Positions 34,701-50,052 are shown, counted from the stretch's first letter. The stretch is DNA of 64,000 bases from Fimbriosthenelais zetlandica (GCA_977030845.1 OZ365115.1:31434001-31498000); one strand, 5' to 3'. The notes: generated from the sequence alone by a model not told the origin. Made by a program: numbers and translations.

Positions 34701-37700
34701 CTTTAAGGTTGGAAGTGGAGAAGTAATTGTACGGATGTTCCTCCATCGACAAAGCCATCTGTCATGGCGCCCTGTCGATGCTTTATTATTTGAGCAGAGA
34801 AGGGCAGTAATAGTGCGGAAGCCGAGGGCCAGAGAGGGGGATGTTATGGTCAATGCATGGTCAGTGGAGGGCCTGTAAGTATTGGTCTGCTTGACCGCTA
34901 ACACCATTTGTTCAAACCACCTACAAGTCCTAACCTGTAAAGCCATTTGTCTGCAGACCGACTTCTCAGAGCGACTGTCAAAAATGGATATCGGCCTTCT
35001 GTTTAAAACAGCTTCATACAAATAATTTCATATCCCTTCGGTATAAACCAAATGATTTAATATTTCATTCGTAATGTCCACTTTTAACATGAGCCAGGCC
35101 TCTGCATCTTCCAAAGCAATAATCTCTGACTATATTTAGGGTAATGCCCTATCCTTTCTCTTTCTCTAGATCTCCTTTATATACGACAGATAAACGATAT
35201 CCAACATAATATTCTGTAAACCCACCCCCGTCTAAAGTTGCTCAGTCTATAGCCTTTGATGACCAATAACGAGACCATTAAGACAAAAACAAGGCCCGTA
35301 AGAAAATACACGAGAAACGCGCGCATTAAATCAGCGCAACACACGCCTTAAAGGAAACATTAGGAATAGTAAGAGGTGCCATAGATTCATTAGACATATG
35401 GCCTGGGTCAAAGCTGCATCTCCCAATACTACTCATCATCTGAACGAGCAGGGATAACGCTATTAGAGAAGTTGGTATTTGCACCTGCTCATTTACAGAG
35501 AACCCATAAAAGAGGTACCTTTCATGTTCATTCAATGTCAATACAAAAACCTTGTATGGGTAGATGTATTACTGTTGTCAATAAGTTATGTACCCTACAC
35601 ATATATATAATGTACCTGGCTGATTTATAGACTGTATGCTTCAGTCATTGTATCTTAAACAATTAACACTGCCAGGTGATATATCTCTAATGCCTGTAAC
35701 TGCAAACCCAAGCGAGCATGGGTATTACATAGCCTTCCACCCGAGTCTCCATGGGTAGGCGAGAATGGTAGCCTTACGTGCAATATCGTGCTGATGGCAA
35801 TATCAGATAATAATAAAAGTATATTCATGATAAACACGATTCAGCTCAGTTGTTTACATGCATATACCAGTCTTGTAATGTAACGGGAGAACAAACCTAG
35901 CTGTAATTGGAAACCACTGGCAGGCGTTAGACAAGCAGACCACACCTATCAAATGTCATCTATTTGAATTTCACCAGCTCATCCGTCTTCCCGGATAATC
36001 ATATTCCTTCACCCTGGAGAATTTCAGCCGAGACACAAGACGGATCGTTCTCTAGCTGCGACGCTTCTTCCTCAAGTCAAAACTAAAACACGGTCTGCCT
36101 GGCGAGAGCTGGTCTATACAGGATGAAGACTTCATATACTCCCCTCCTTACTACTCTTTACATAATTAAAATAATACGATGCCGAAATTCGTACCTTAGA
36201 AAATCCACTTCAAAGGCTGAGGCAAGCATTAAGACATTAGCTTATGTACGTTCCCAAGAAGGACTCAAGTACACCACAAGGCTTTCCAGTGAAAGGTGCA
36301 CAAATGAAAAATATAAAAATATGTATTAAGTGTCCTAGTGCAAAGTGTCAAAATTACTCAATATTATGTAGAACTGGGATTGAAAACCTTTACATAAATG
36401 CACTTCCTCTGTCAATGCTTTGATGTTGCGAATGAACCCAAAATTCTGATGCAAAGAGCTTGAGGGCATGATTCCGAGCTTTGGGGCCTTTGACAAAAAA
36501 TTCTTTTAATCTTGTATTTGAATTGAAAACCTGCATTGTCCTCACACTCTATCTTCATCCGCATGGGCGGGAAACCATTAATGCTGATACACATTTAATT
36601 CATGAAAGTAGTATTTGAAATTTCAAAAACTTACTTTAAAACACAGCGGAAATGTTTTAATTCTGATTTCCATCCGGGAAGTCACAAAAGATGAAATTTA
36701 AGAATGATTGAGGAAAACGTGTCCATTGTATGTTTTTTCTTTACTTAAATCTTTTTCTGATGGATATAAAAAGCATGGAGCACTTGGGGTCCATCCAGCT
36801 GCCCTAACCTGAGTGCCTTGACTGACTCGCCTTACCAGCTATAGGATCTATGTTAAGTTTGATGGATGGTCAGGAGCAGGCCAGATGGCCAGCTGATCTT
36901 ATGGCCGTCAATACCCATACAAAAGTCAAGCCCACAAGTCAATGGTAAAATGGCCAGTAATGGAGCCTATATGTGGACCTCATACAGGCCTGCAGCTCTG
37001 GCTATATATACAAGCCCTAGCTCAATGCAGAAAGGGTGCATGAGATGGTGGTGGGAGCCGTGCTGGGGCGGGGTGGCAAGGATTTAGCCTCTAGACCCCT
37101 GTCAATACATGTTGCACAGCACTTTGCCTGCCCGTGTTGACAATACCTTATCTCTCAATTTATGAGGGATGACTTATTGATGTGCCATGCTGGGATTGCC
37201 AGCCATTGACATTGATGGCAGCATGAACTAGCCGAACCTTGTAAAAACCACACTGTTTTTATACGGGAATTGACTGAATGAAGAGGGGATATTACTTCAT
37301 TTATATTGTAAATTGAAATAACAAGTTCTCTTCCTTCCAATAATATAAATTTCATAATTTGTTGAATAAAGTACTATAAATATAGGGCCTATATGAATAT
37401 AATTCCTAGAACCATACTACATTGACAATATTATATGCATTACCTTCGAGATATTAATGAAATCCCAATATCGCTGCGGATATTGAAGTATATAACCAAT
37501 AAAAAATTAATATGGATTTACATAATCCAAAAGCAGTTTCAACCGTACAGGATGATAGCATTTTTTACTGAGTTACCGAGTCAAGTTGAGAACCCAGGAA
37601 CCCTGCCTTGACTAGACACATTGACTGAAATCAGCAGTAGGTATATATATGTATGCAATATTCATCAAAATATAGAAGGAAGCGAGGAGGTCTGGGGCTT

Positions 37701-40700
37701 CCCGCACTGCCCCTCGGTCCATCTCCCATGGCCCGGGAGGACCGCAGTAGGTTTGAGTCGTGTGATTTCAGTGTTTGTCATCGGGTACATTATTCACTAC
37801 CTGTCTACACGGTTTTCCCTCAAGATATGAGGATGAGAAGGGAGAATGTGTCACCTTCTAATGGCAATGTCTGCAGGTGTGCCTGACAGGGTACTGTCAG
37901 CATGACCTTCATGATATAATATTTTATATTTTGATATAATTCAGCCGGTCGCATCAAAATTTAAAAATGCGATTTATATATCACCATTTCCCTCCATATA
38001 TGGAGATTTTTAAAGGTTCTGCTAATCACAAGGTAAACAAGGGAGATTGACAACAGCACCTAAGGTTTTCGAGCTGAACATACTATTTGATATATTGTCT
38101 GATAGTATCAAATCAACATTCCATATACACGAGATTTTAAATGGCTCCCATGCACTGGTCTTGTCATGTGGAAAACCTCAGCCCTTCGCTCATGAGAAAC
38201 AATTACTTTCTCTTTTCCTCACCAGCGGGAAAGAAAACTGCGGCAACACGCAGATTTTATTACTTCAATTTCCAAAGACATGGAAAGTCCATTTTTCTCC
38301 TGTAAAATCTTGTTAAGAAATGATTGCGTCATGGGCGTCAGACGATGCAGAAATCCTCTCGTGGATTTATACACAAAATACTGACCAAAACCCATCAAAA
38401 TCAATTTATATGTTATCAGCCCAACAGGTTTCAATTTCTCTTCCATTTCTGCTATACAAATTGACAGATTGAAATATATCCAGCCGTCCAATCAGTACAC
38501 ATAAGCAATTGTACCACTTCCTATAAAAGCAGTTATATAGGATTCTTTAGAATGGATGTATTTTATGGCATTCCTCATAGCAAGAGAAGCCTGTCAGGGA
38601 GCTTGTGTCTCTATGATAAAAACTCTGCGAGGTGTTTTTTTTCTTCCATCCCATTATTTTACCAATTATAGCCAGTTAATGAAGACGGTGGGTCTGGATA
38701 ATTAACATTGTCGAATATCATACCCATCCCTCCATGCTATCAGTCGTGAATTGATTCATCCAAGTTTATGTACATTGGAGGAACTATTTCCTTTGCATTT
38801 GCAATATTTGTGCAGTAAAATCACTACAAAAGAGACTTTATAGTGTTCGTGCCTTGAAAGGGTACATGTATGCAGATTCATTAAATAAATATGAAGTTAG
38901 AAAATCATTATGGTCAGCAACAGTCATTCTACGAACAATCACTGCACAAAACGAGGCCTGAACTGTATGGGAAATTGCCACACATATCATGTAGGTCTCC
39001 CATCTAGGCACCGAATAAAATTATGTATGAACAATTTGAGATATAAACATTATATTGACCGTGCAATCAGAGGCCAGCATTTGAATGATTGTTAGAGGCA
39101 GTGGACAATCACCAGCCATTTTAAGCACCCGGCAATAATGCTGCCGTCTCGGGATCTTTATTCATCAGTGATGAAGGCAGTTTTATAAAGCGTGATGCCG
39201 TGCTTACTTCTACATAGACCAGACCTAGACTGAGAAGTTAGTCTTGGTGGTCCGCCATACAATTATAGTTAGATGGAAATCAATCATAAAGGACATTGTC
39301 CTCAGCTTTCCGAGCCCCACGTCTGCCGAGTTTTGATGCATGTTTTAGTCTCCGTCAAAACTCCCAGCACGCGCAAGCAAATCATCATTCCCTTTTTGTT
39401 TCTCGACCCTTTTTATACATCAAGCAGGTTTAAAAGCATTTTCCTTCCCTAAAAGCAATTAAGAAAAAGGCAGTTGTCCTGTTGCAAAGATCATTTCCTT
39501 TTTCTCGTCCGAATGTCAAGCGTTTTAATCGACTCATTATTCAAACTGATGGAGGATCGGACTCCGTGAAATTGAGAGCAGTGGGGAGCGACATAACTAT
39601 TAAAAAACTTTTCTTTGATTTTTGAAAGTACAGTACAAGAAGAAAGAAACTATAGAAGCGAGATTTTAAGAGAAAGTGTATGGTTATAAGTGAAATCATT
39701 TTCCACTCAAGATTGCAAAGTCAGCTCAATTATTTTTTTAGTTTGCCATGAGCTATGAGCTGGCTTGTGTACATCTCAGCTAATTAAGGGAAAGGGTTCA
39801 ATAAGAAAGGGTTAATGATATGATGGGAATTTGAAAGCTGCTGCTGAAAACATCTGCCACATCGAGTGTTTTTTCTGCAGTGTAATGTTAGCCGCAGGAT
39901 CCCAAACTTCAGTGATTACAAAAAACAAATTTACTGAACAGGATTCGCTGTTTCTGACAACGCAAAAAAACCCACTCTTTCCATCAGAATTCCATTTGAA
40001 CTTGTTGTTTTTCCAAATATGGTTCAATTTGGATTATTACCGGCTGAATGAGCAAGGATTGCTCGGCCATATTTATTTTACGGTAATTTACGTTTTTTTC
40101 TGTCGTAACTTTTAACAAGCAACGTGTGTGGTTAATATGGGTGGGGAAAACGTAGCTATTAGTTTGCTTTCTCATGTTAAAAATCACATGGTTGTTAACG
40201 AATGAACAAATAACAAAAATCAAAGGGATAAGAAATGTAATGATACATTGGCTATTATACATTCAATCAGGGACAATGTGACAGCGTGAAAGGACAACGA
40301 CATAAAAACTAATCTTGAGTTTATATAGAAATCTGTGAATAACACTAGGAGAGTTTCTGTCTGAGAGTTTCTGTGAGTATCCAAAATATTAAGCATCACG
40401 TACCTTTTCTTAAACAGTGATATTGGTGTGAATTATTGGCCTAGCTATCCTATTTAATTGGCGAGAAAGAATATATGGCAATTTATTAAGGATAGTTAGA
40501 TGGCATAAACCTCTCATCTAGCCTTATCTTCTCGGCACCAGTGGAAAACGGAATAACAGCGGATAAAGTGTTTTCCTTCAAATTATGCTTCAGTTTAGAC
40601 TAATAGCTTTATGGTAATCTGATGAGGGGCATGCTATATAGTGCTTTCATTCACTGAAGAGATATTTAAACATTCATCAGTAGTCTGAAAGCTGGATGGA

Positions 40701-41176
40701 TTTACAGCGGAAAGCCATGGGACTTCTTTATTTTCAATCGGAAAATATCTAAATCTCTTGATGATCCCATTGGATGAGAAGTATATATATAGATGCTCAT
40801 AAAGGCCTATGCACATATAGGCGATTCTTCAAAATGCGCGAAAATTATATTTCTCGTCAAACTCAATGCTTGCAATTTTGTTTAATCTTAGATAGATGTA
40901 AAGGACTGCTAATATTACAAGCATTGGATGTAACTAGAAGTATAGTTTAGCACTGCTATGGCTTGGAGAATCGACTCATATTTTATATGCCCCAGGCTTA
41001 ACAGTGTGATTTCCAACAGCAGCGTACTTGCCCATAACTCAAGTATAACGATCAATGTCTCCATTTCCGATCACAAGTTATTCTTTCTTTGGAGAGATCA
41101 ATTCAGTTTAAAAGATACAAGTAAATGATCCATCCTAGTCCTCGCTCATCCTCCCTCACACAAATATAATGAGCGT

Positions 41177-41275
41177 CGCCATTGCTGCTCGACTCAAGCC
41201 AAGGTCAACCCAAGGGCGGAGGTCAAACTGAAAGGCTGCTGGGAGCCTGTGATTGGCTAGGACAGATCACGTGAT
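41177..41275. promoter_or_regulatory. Compact promoter/enhancer-like module
   Basis: CGCCATT 41177, CCAAGGTCA 41199-41207, GGGCGG 41214, AGGTCA 41220-41225, ATTGG 41252, palindrome ATCACGTGAT 41266-41275. Confidence 0.4.
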
Positions 41276-44129
41276 ATCTGAGACGCCGGAGGTGTGCAAA
41301 AGCTTGTAATCACCGTCTTGAGGGGGCAGTTGGAAGACCCTGGCGGCCGATGGTGACATCAAACTTCATTAATGGTCTGGTATTAGGTGGGTTCAGCTGC
41401 CTGCCACTTCACACTACAAGACCCAGTCCTCACCATAGGTACAAGTTAACATTTCACATCCAAGTATGTAACTCTCACTCTATGTTCAACGAAGAATTTT
41501 GAAGTGAGTTAGTACTTGCTTCCTGTCCATTCAGCATTTTCTCACCTATCTCAAGAGGTAAACAATTTGCTGTTCTAACAGCAAAGGAAATACGCTGTTG
41601 GCCTACACCGATCTGCACCTCTTTTCGATGGCCAGCAACGATTCTTTTACACCATCAACATTGGGAGACATGACTCCCCCTTTTACGACCCAGTTAGCAG
41701 CATTGCAATAGAAGGACAATTGAATAATTTTGGAAGAAAGTTAGTCAAACTGGACCCATTACCCACCTATTGGATTGAGTAGCACACCAGTGATTGATTA
41801 TAGGCCTTTTATTAGGGCCAATTGATACTAATGATCCTCCTATCCATCCCTTGTCCATCTCTCCCCGCCATCCATTCCCTCTACTTGGCTCAAATCACAG
41901 CGGCCGAACCATCAAAGTGCAGACCAGATCTTTTGATCGTTTGATTAACTTCAAATGCCAGTTGTTCAAAAGTACTGACCATTCGAGTTCAAAGAGATTA
42001 GTCAGAGGCCTCTACAGTATTTCACTATAATATGACGTTATGTCCTATGAATGCACACAACATATGGACTCCCGAACCTCCAGCTCCTGCTCTCCAGTTC
42101 TCCCCTTTAGAACAACTAAGACCAAACTGCTCCTGACTTCAGTGGCACCTTTGAAGTTGTCTGGAGCCTGGAGACAAGGGCTTCAATCAACAGGGCTAAT
42201 TCTCCTGCCGCCTGCAAACATAGAGAGGTATAAAAGAAGTGGTATTAACTTGATGGCTTTCTTCTCTGGGGCCTTGGGTACTGCCAGTATATATATAGAG
42301 CTTCCAAAAGAGTACATTGCCTGCAGACATTGGTCATTTTCACATACTACTTCTAAAGTATACAGGGTATGTGGAGGTGTGCCAGACTTATTTTAGAGGA
42401 GATATACTCGATCAATTGTATAAAAAGAAAACTAAAGATAGCCTCTATCCTTCTATCTTCAGACTGTTATATGAATATCTGAGTGATATTTAAAACATTT
42501 TTGCGATATTTTAAGGATGTCAAAAGTTCCAGCGAAAAGCTCAAGTTTTACAAATAAAGTAAAGGAAAAGATTGCATCTATAGAACCTGTACTCATAATC
42601 AGTCGTTCATTCAACAAGGTCTCAGGAGTTTCAAAACTTTCAACATTATAATCTCCTATGTTCTTGCTTCCTGGATAAATGGGGGCTTGCTCGCCCACCC
42701 CCTTAGAGAATGCCTATAGTAAATACCCTTACCGCAGCAGCCCTATATCACCAAGTCATTTTCCCCACGCCTATAAATCAATTAAAGACATGGGAAAGCA
42801 CACATTTCACTGCCTGAGGACTAACAAGGCCTAACTAGAAACGTACCTTAACTCAGGCTGCCAGCGACGTGTAGCACGCTCTTAACTGGCCCTTGGGCGT
42901 GCTATCCTCCAAATGAGGCGAGATGTATCCACACCAGAAATGAGTCTGATTTTGTGGCTGCTCACAGTGGCAACTGGTATCCCTCCGCTACATATGACCT
43001 CCACAAGGGGCCATAAGGGCCTTAATGACCTTCTCCCATGACCTTCGGCCATTCCACAAGATTGTTGTTAACGACTGGGAGCAGGAGGAAGGGTCAGTGG
43101 CTTTATTAATGAAGAACTCCACTAAAACTATACAGTGCACTCTCTTCCCTCCATCAATTATCCTGAAAGGCCTTGCTCCATTGTCAGGAGGGAAAACTTG
43201 GCTCTCCATTCGTTTCAAGAGAATCATTATTATTTCAGTCATTTCTGACGACAGGACGTGGGTTGTGGAGCCCTGTTTGGGGAAGTTTAGAAGTATAAAT
43301 AGGTTAGCACTTCCCATGAGATTACAGAAACACGAGCTCCTGCCAAAAGCATATGCTACGCTCTCAAGACATTTTATGCGTTGAAATGTTTTTCCATTGA
43401 CTCAGCACAGTGCATGACAACTTAAAAACTCCTCCACATTCCTCCATTGTCTTTCTCATATTGGAAAATATTGAAGCATGTAGAGAAAAAGCATTCCATG
43501 CATTTACAAATGAAGACCAACAAGAAGAAAGAAGTTAAATTATTCTATAATAGAGATGCATCTACGTAAAGAGTAAGAAGGAGAAACATAACAGAAATGT
43601 TTCACCTGTGTAAAATCAATTGTGAACAGGCCCTAATGAGCCCAGCATACCGCAACAACTTGCATGTTTTGCGCCTCTCAGCACCTCTTGCACAATGGAA
43701 TACAAACGGAGAAATCTCCTATAGGACAAGATTTTTTCTTGTTAATCCAGCATCCACAATGCTTCATTCAAAATGAGACGGCGCATTAAAAGTAGTGAAG
43801 AGGTCAACATCTATTTCTTCTCTCCCATCCACATAATACCTGGGATGTCATAAAACAGGGTATCGGTCCCACCTGTTTGGCATACAAAGGAGCAGTTTGT
43901 ATGCTCTGCCTTAAGCAGACAATAACGATGACATGTGTTCCTTGGGGTACTCTTACCGCCTCACCGCCAGGCCACACGCGACAGTTGACAGACTCATTTG
44001 CAGTTTATCATGTCTTTAATGGTCGGTAGGATGGGCAAGCTTTTCTTCTCTTGCCTTTGCTTCTTCTCATTCCTTCACCGATAAAGATGTCCCTGGACTA
44101 GGGTAGATAGTATGAAGTCTCCACGGCCA

Positions 44130-44252
44130 GAGTAGAGAAGGGGAGAGGATGGGGAAGGGAGGGAGAGGGGATGGGGAGGGGAGGGAGAGGGGAAGAGAGG
44201 TATATAGAGAACGGGGAGATAGTGAGTTAGAGAAATTGAGAGAGGGAGAGAG
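44130..44252 (+). repeat. G/A-rich tract with G4 potential
   Basis: GGGGAGAGGATGGGGAAGGGAGGGAGAGGGGATGGGGAGGGAGGGAGAGGGGG... Confidence 0.85.
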
Positions 44253-45177
44253 ATAATGAACTAAAAGTTGATAATGAATTTAGATTCAAGTTCTGCCGAT
44301 TGAAATCAATGACAATATCATGAGATATCGCAGATGGATTGTTAGTTAAGACTGAGAAATGAGGAGGCCCCGTTATGGGAAATTCGTGTTCACAGACTTA
44401 CAAAGCTGATTCACCATTGTAAGCGATTAATCACAAAAACCTCTTGCATTACATTATCTTCCCAACAGCTTTTTGAGACAGAAGAATTTCTTCGTGGAAT
44501 CTTCGATCATGCTTTATCTCGTCGGAGGGGGACAAGTCTTTTCACTTCAGGCTTGAACAAGTAGAGGCTGAATAAAATACTAAACGATCCATTGTCTGTC
44601 GATATAACTTTCCATGTAGGGAGAGATGAGGAGATATTTCTCAGGGGACGAAGAAGATATGACTGAGAAGCAGATGGAAAATTAACAATAAATCAATGCC
44701 TCCATACACCATAAGCTGACACTCTGCTATAGGAATGATATATCCATGTTGTAGAATAGTCTACAACCTATTGTCTATGGTATTTACTAGTGGACAAGAA
44801 CGATGGAAGATAAGTAAAAAGAACTATAGAAAGTTGAAGCATTACTGCAAGTAGTAAAGGGTGGCAATTTAATTGAATGGACAGAAACATTGAGCCACCA
44901 ATGCCTTGATATAGGTGAAACAGATTTAGTTGATAGATTCCCCCGTAGCTGAAAAACAGGGAATGATATATTCTGATTTTTTTTCATCATGATGCTAAAT
45001 AGGTGCTGGGTTATTTGGCAATTATTCCAGCGGTGTCCCAATAGTGCACTGCAATATTCTCTCACGATTTTAACGGTCTAAATGAACGCCAATGTCACTT
45101 TCTGTATGGACTGCGGCAGTACAGATTTGGGGAATAAGTTGCTGTGCAGTATTTCGATAATGGTCCCCATGTTTCAG

Positions 45178-45232
45178 TCTGAGGTCACATGACTAGTCAC
45201 ATGATCTGAGGTCACATGACCAAGTCACATGA
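45178..45232. repeat. 27/28-bp tandem duplication carrying four GTCACATGA copies
   Basis: TCTGAGGTCACATGACTAGTCACATGA (45178-45204) + TCTGAGGTCACATGACCAAGTCACATGA (45205-45232). Confidence 0.9.
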
Positions 45233-48200
45233 TCATTGCAGGGTGACTTCTATGACAGGACTGGAGATTGATGTTCAGCTGCGAAAGGTCATAACTTAAC
45301 ATATTGTACACATATCATTGCCATGCTCTCAGCCGTCTATATTTTCCCGCGAAAGAAATCTCTAAGACGCTATAAACTAGTCTATTTCCAGAACTTGAAT
45401 TAAAAACGAGTTACTAAAAATTGTTTACTTAATTACCAGGAAAAATTGTCGTAAACACATTTTAATTAATAACTTCGGAGTTCTGTCAATACTCATTTGA
45501 TAAAAAAGTAAATATTATCTGGTCTTCCGGACGGACATTGCCTAAGGAAGTTGATTGCTGAAGTAATCATGCTCGAGCACATTGAAATACAAGTAAATTA
45601 ATGATGAAAAGAAGGCCTTCTAAATTAATGTATTCTTGTAAACATGGTTATGAATAGAGCATGTTCTTAATTAAAAACAAGATGTAGGACATTAAATATA
45701 TCTTTTCACAAATGGAAGACTTTCTCTAATGACTTCCATTTGTGTGAGTGATTTTTCAGGGATCTCACATTTCTCTCACCATTAAAACAGTGTTTACACG
45801 CTGCAGGGCCTTCATCACGAATCAATACAGGAAATAGTGGCGAGGCAAAATAGCATTTTTCCTCCAAGCCTAATTTATTCTGCAATAATCATCAACAGAT
45901 GCATTCGATACTAAAAGGAAGAGGCTTTCAGAGAGATAGATTTTCTTCTTTTATCCACTTATTCGGTGCGGATATTATATGGATATACCATTAGTTGCTA
46001 CTAGTAAATAACTGTTCGAAAGGTGGAGCGACAATACTAAGGCCACTGGAAATACAGCAATCGAGAATAGAATGCTGATATAATATTCTAAAACATTGCA
46101 TGGAAGAACCTAGAAGATAGTACTGGGATTTTGAACTGAATCATAATCCACATAGCCATCCATGTCTCCCCCTGTCTATGGTGAGAGGCATGCAAAAGAA
46201 CCACTGCTGCCATTAGAAAAGAGCAGAGTATTGTGTGTCGAAAGCATGTTTCCTTCTCATTAAATTGAGATAAATTGCTCACTGGACTTGCTAACAATTT
46301 ATTCGGCTGAGAGCAAGAGACCTTTCAGCTCCAGACAAATGGAATCCAGAATCCACAAAAATCATGTTCCTCAAAATTAATTTCCTCCCAATTTTCGCCA
46401 ATATGGCCAAATCAAAAAGAGAGTTCAATGATTGATGGAAGGTGAAGTGGTCTGGATGTGATAGTTACAAATGGAATGCTGGTCTCTGAACATGGGAGAG
46501 CTCTGAGGCAAGAATTGATGTATAGATGCAAGACAGTTCCCTCGTGTGCTTTACTGCTTTACCAACAATCATCGTACTGGGCTTAAGAGGTCCCAGTCAT
46601 ACCATCAGAGAACGGGCAGAGAGGGATATAGCAAGAGGACATTCACAGTCTGAAGGGTATAAAGTTAATTAGAAAGAAAATGGGAAAAACATCAGCACCT
46701 TGAATAATTGCCAAGTGATTGCATGGCACTGCATGGGGGAATCCTGCCCATTTTCAGTTAATGATGCCTATGCATCGGTCTCCGAATTTTATTCAACTCG
46801 ATAGGGCTCGTGAAGTTGGAGAGCAGCTATCGACAAGACGACTTCTATTCTAGTGGTTCAATTAAGGAAGAAATGGCTGATTCACTAATGAGCAATTAAA
46901 CAAAAGGGAGACAAGCTCAGGGGGAAATGGCAGCCGTCTTCGCCTTGCAATCTGATAGGAGCAATTGTCTCGTGAAATGGCTCTCAGAGCGGGGGCAATA
47001 ATATTCAAAATGATGAACAGTGGGGAAAAATGGGATACTGCTGAATATAAGTATAAGAATGATTACTACAGTGAAATAATGACGTCTGTATTATTTAATC
47101 TAAAGAGTCTGAAGGCTGAATGTTCGAAACTAGATATGGATTATTAGAATATAATGAGTTTGCGATTTGACTTAGATAAATAATAATTCTCAATTAGTCA
47201 TAACCGTGGGAATTAAAACTCATAAGAAGTCATTTAAAAATTTCTAAATTTTCTGACCAGTGCTTTTTGAAAGACATTCCTTGAATTTGAATTTGATTTA
47301 ATGCCAATACAGACCGATGCCTGAGGAATTGTGAAAAAAAAGGAAATAATTTAAATAAATTACACGTGAAGGAACAGTGCACTTTTCAAACAATCTCTCA
47401 TGAGAACTGAGACAGATTTTATTATTTAAGAGAGAAAAATTACAACATGGTGTGAACACATCAAAAGACAGGACCCCGTGTCTCACAAAGACAGCTGTGA
47501 AGAAGAAAAGAGGAAAATGACTGATGATCCAACATTTTTAATGGCATTATTTCCATTTTAATAGATGGTGATTCTTCTTCATAAAACAGAAACTGTCTGC
47601 TTTTACCAAAGTTGGATTCAAAGTTGTGTTTTCACGAGTTGGATGGTCACTGGGGAAAGGTATACTAGCCTATACCAAAGATAGAAGCAAGACTCCAAGT
47701 ACCAAAGAAGCAAAGGAGGAAAGAGACAATGGGAGTAAAGAATGTGACAGAACTTTAAATTCATTAAAAAGTGAAATTCAGGGCTAAAATCACCCCACGA
47801 CGAGCTCAGACAGGCAAATATTTCCATCTATTTCAATCATTGAAGAAGAAATTACTAGCCTGCCATATGTTCCACATATCAAGACAAGAAGATTCCTACA
47901 ACTACAAGTCCAACCAACAAAAGTGACAAGTCACAGCCAAACATATATTATAGACAACTGATTGTATCATGCACATCTGGGATTGGAATCTAAATTACTT
48001 AGATTTGCTTCCATCCCTCGTCCGCGGCTTTTTCATCCGTTATTTCCAGCATGTCCAGAACAAGTCAATGGTGCTTAATTATAGAGCAACATTCCCCACG
48101 TCTTATCTCAACTTGAGGGGAATTCTAATATGCGGCTCTCCCAGGCAGAGATACATGGAAAATATTTGTATGCATTATCAAGCTGCTATCTGGTATAGAT

Positions 48201-50052
48201 GGAATGGATATATCATTATTTATTTACTGTCTAGGATAATATCAGTCATTTCTACTGTTCGAGCTGAAATATTCGAGGAGAGAACTGTGTCCGAGGGGAG
48301 CAGAGAACGTGTGCTGACAGCTTGTTTCCTACTTGTTCAATTTACTAGCAAATTGCTCCCGTACTGAGAGAGCTAGCTGAGAAATTGTTGAGTGGACAAA
48401 ACGATAACTCATTCATTCTATCATTAAGTGTATAATCCACATGATCTATACGAACATCCCATTAAACTTGGTTATATTATAAAACATGGCTAACATATCT
48501 TCCATCAGAATGTCCAGATGAGCCTTAAAGAGTTCATTATTCTTCAATCACAACCTGGCAAATATTTGCCCACCAAGGTCAGCCTCATTTTTGCCCATAA
48601 AACGGTCGGTGGGATTCTTCCTGGGGCAGCGTCATAACGAGATGGAGATTGATTGTATTGGAGGCTGGATAATGAAGTATGAGTTATGGGCGCTAGGTTC
48701 AAACAATTGCTGTCGTCTGCCTCTGAAAAATGACAAGCCTCTCATGCACGGACACAGGCCGTCCACACTGCCTCCACCTAGCGGGCCAGGGCGGTACTAG
48801 ATCACCGTGGTCCAGGCTGGTTCAGAGCAGCTCATCCCGTCAATTCTACATCACATATTTTATATTCTGCCGTGTTGCTGCTAACCGAAAATTGCTCCCG
48901 ACAACCATGATACAAGAGGCTGGTTCTCTGGTGGACAGGCTCTAAAAGCTGCGTAGCAATAATACTGATATTGTCTGTTAATTTTGGCATGTTACTACAT
49001 TTCAAAATTCCCGGGAGACTATATTTGAATCGACCATTGCACAAGCGACGGTCGTCCATTGAAATGGCATAGACCACAGTTGGTTGTGCAATGGGCCCTT
49101 AGAACACCCGAATCAAAATCTGACATGTGCCTCGAAGCACAGAGCAGGATCGTTGAAAGGACAAAACACAGCTGCAAAACCTGGTACAGTGGAGTATTGT
49201 CACATCCATTTAAATGAACGTGATGAAGCTATTCTACATAGTAACAGTTCTCGATTTTCATTTATATTTTTGTTATCTCGGCATGATCGACAATCAAGCG
49301 ACCTGTGATATTTAGCTCATGACATTTTCTTATTGACCACGTGTATGACAAGTATTATGTGATCCCCATGTTAGCAGATTTTACCTCGCTTAAATTAAAG
49401 TTTAATTTAAACTTTTATGAAGCATCAATTGCATGATGTAGATTCAAACTTAATCGCGGATATACATCAGTATCAAGTTGCCAATTTAATTCATACATGT
49501 ATTAAAGTTTAAAACCTGTCAAATTGAGGAACAGCATCTTCAGCACTGCTTAATCTGTACCATGTTTTCATGAGACAACCAAAATGTTCCCAAATTTCCA
49601 TTACAGAATTTTGAGAGGAGACAAGAAATCATAAGTGGAAACATCGACAAAGATAAAAACTAATATTTGCCAACTCAATCCTCATCATAATTTCTTAAAT
49701 CAGTCCTATTTTTTTCATAAATCATCCAACATTTCCCCCACTTTCCATTATACACTTTTCCGAGGGGACAAGAAAACATAAACTGAAACAAGGTTAAGGA
49801 TGAAATGCAATCTGTGCCTACCTTGTAAGTCCCTGGTAGGGGGCAGTCCTCACTCCATGCTAACCGACCGACGCCCGCACCACCTGCCGGCAGAGAAAAA
49901 CAAGTCTTGGTATCAGTGAAAACAAGTCAGGTGCGCTATGTTTGTTTGAGCAGATTTGAGTTACTCATAGAAGTCAGGAAGTGATTAAACAGCAGAATGA
50001 AATGTGGTTTTCAGTCAGGACTTCACTCGAACGATCAGTTTGTAAAATATCA

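Noticed and set aside
38223-38299. Minus-strand exon-like segment (TTTTACAG ... CTG|GTGAGG)
   Set aside because: Competing AG just upstream and a poor tract; unidentifiable peptide.
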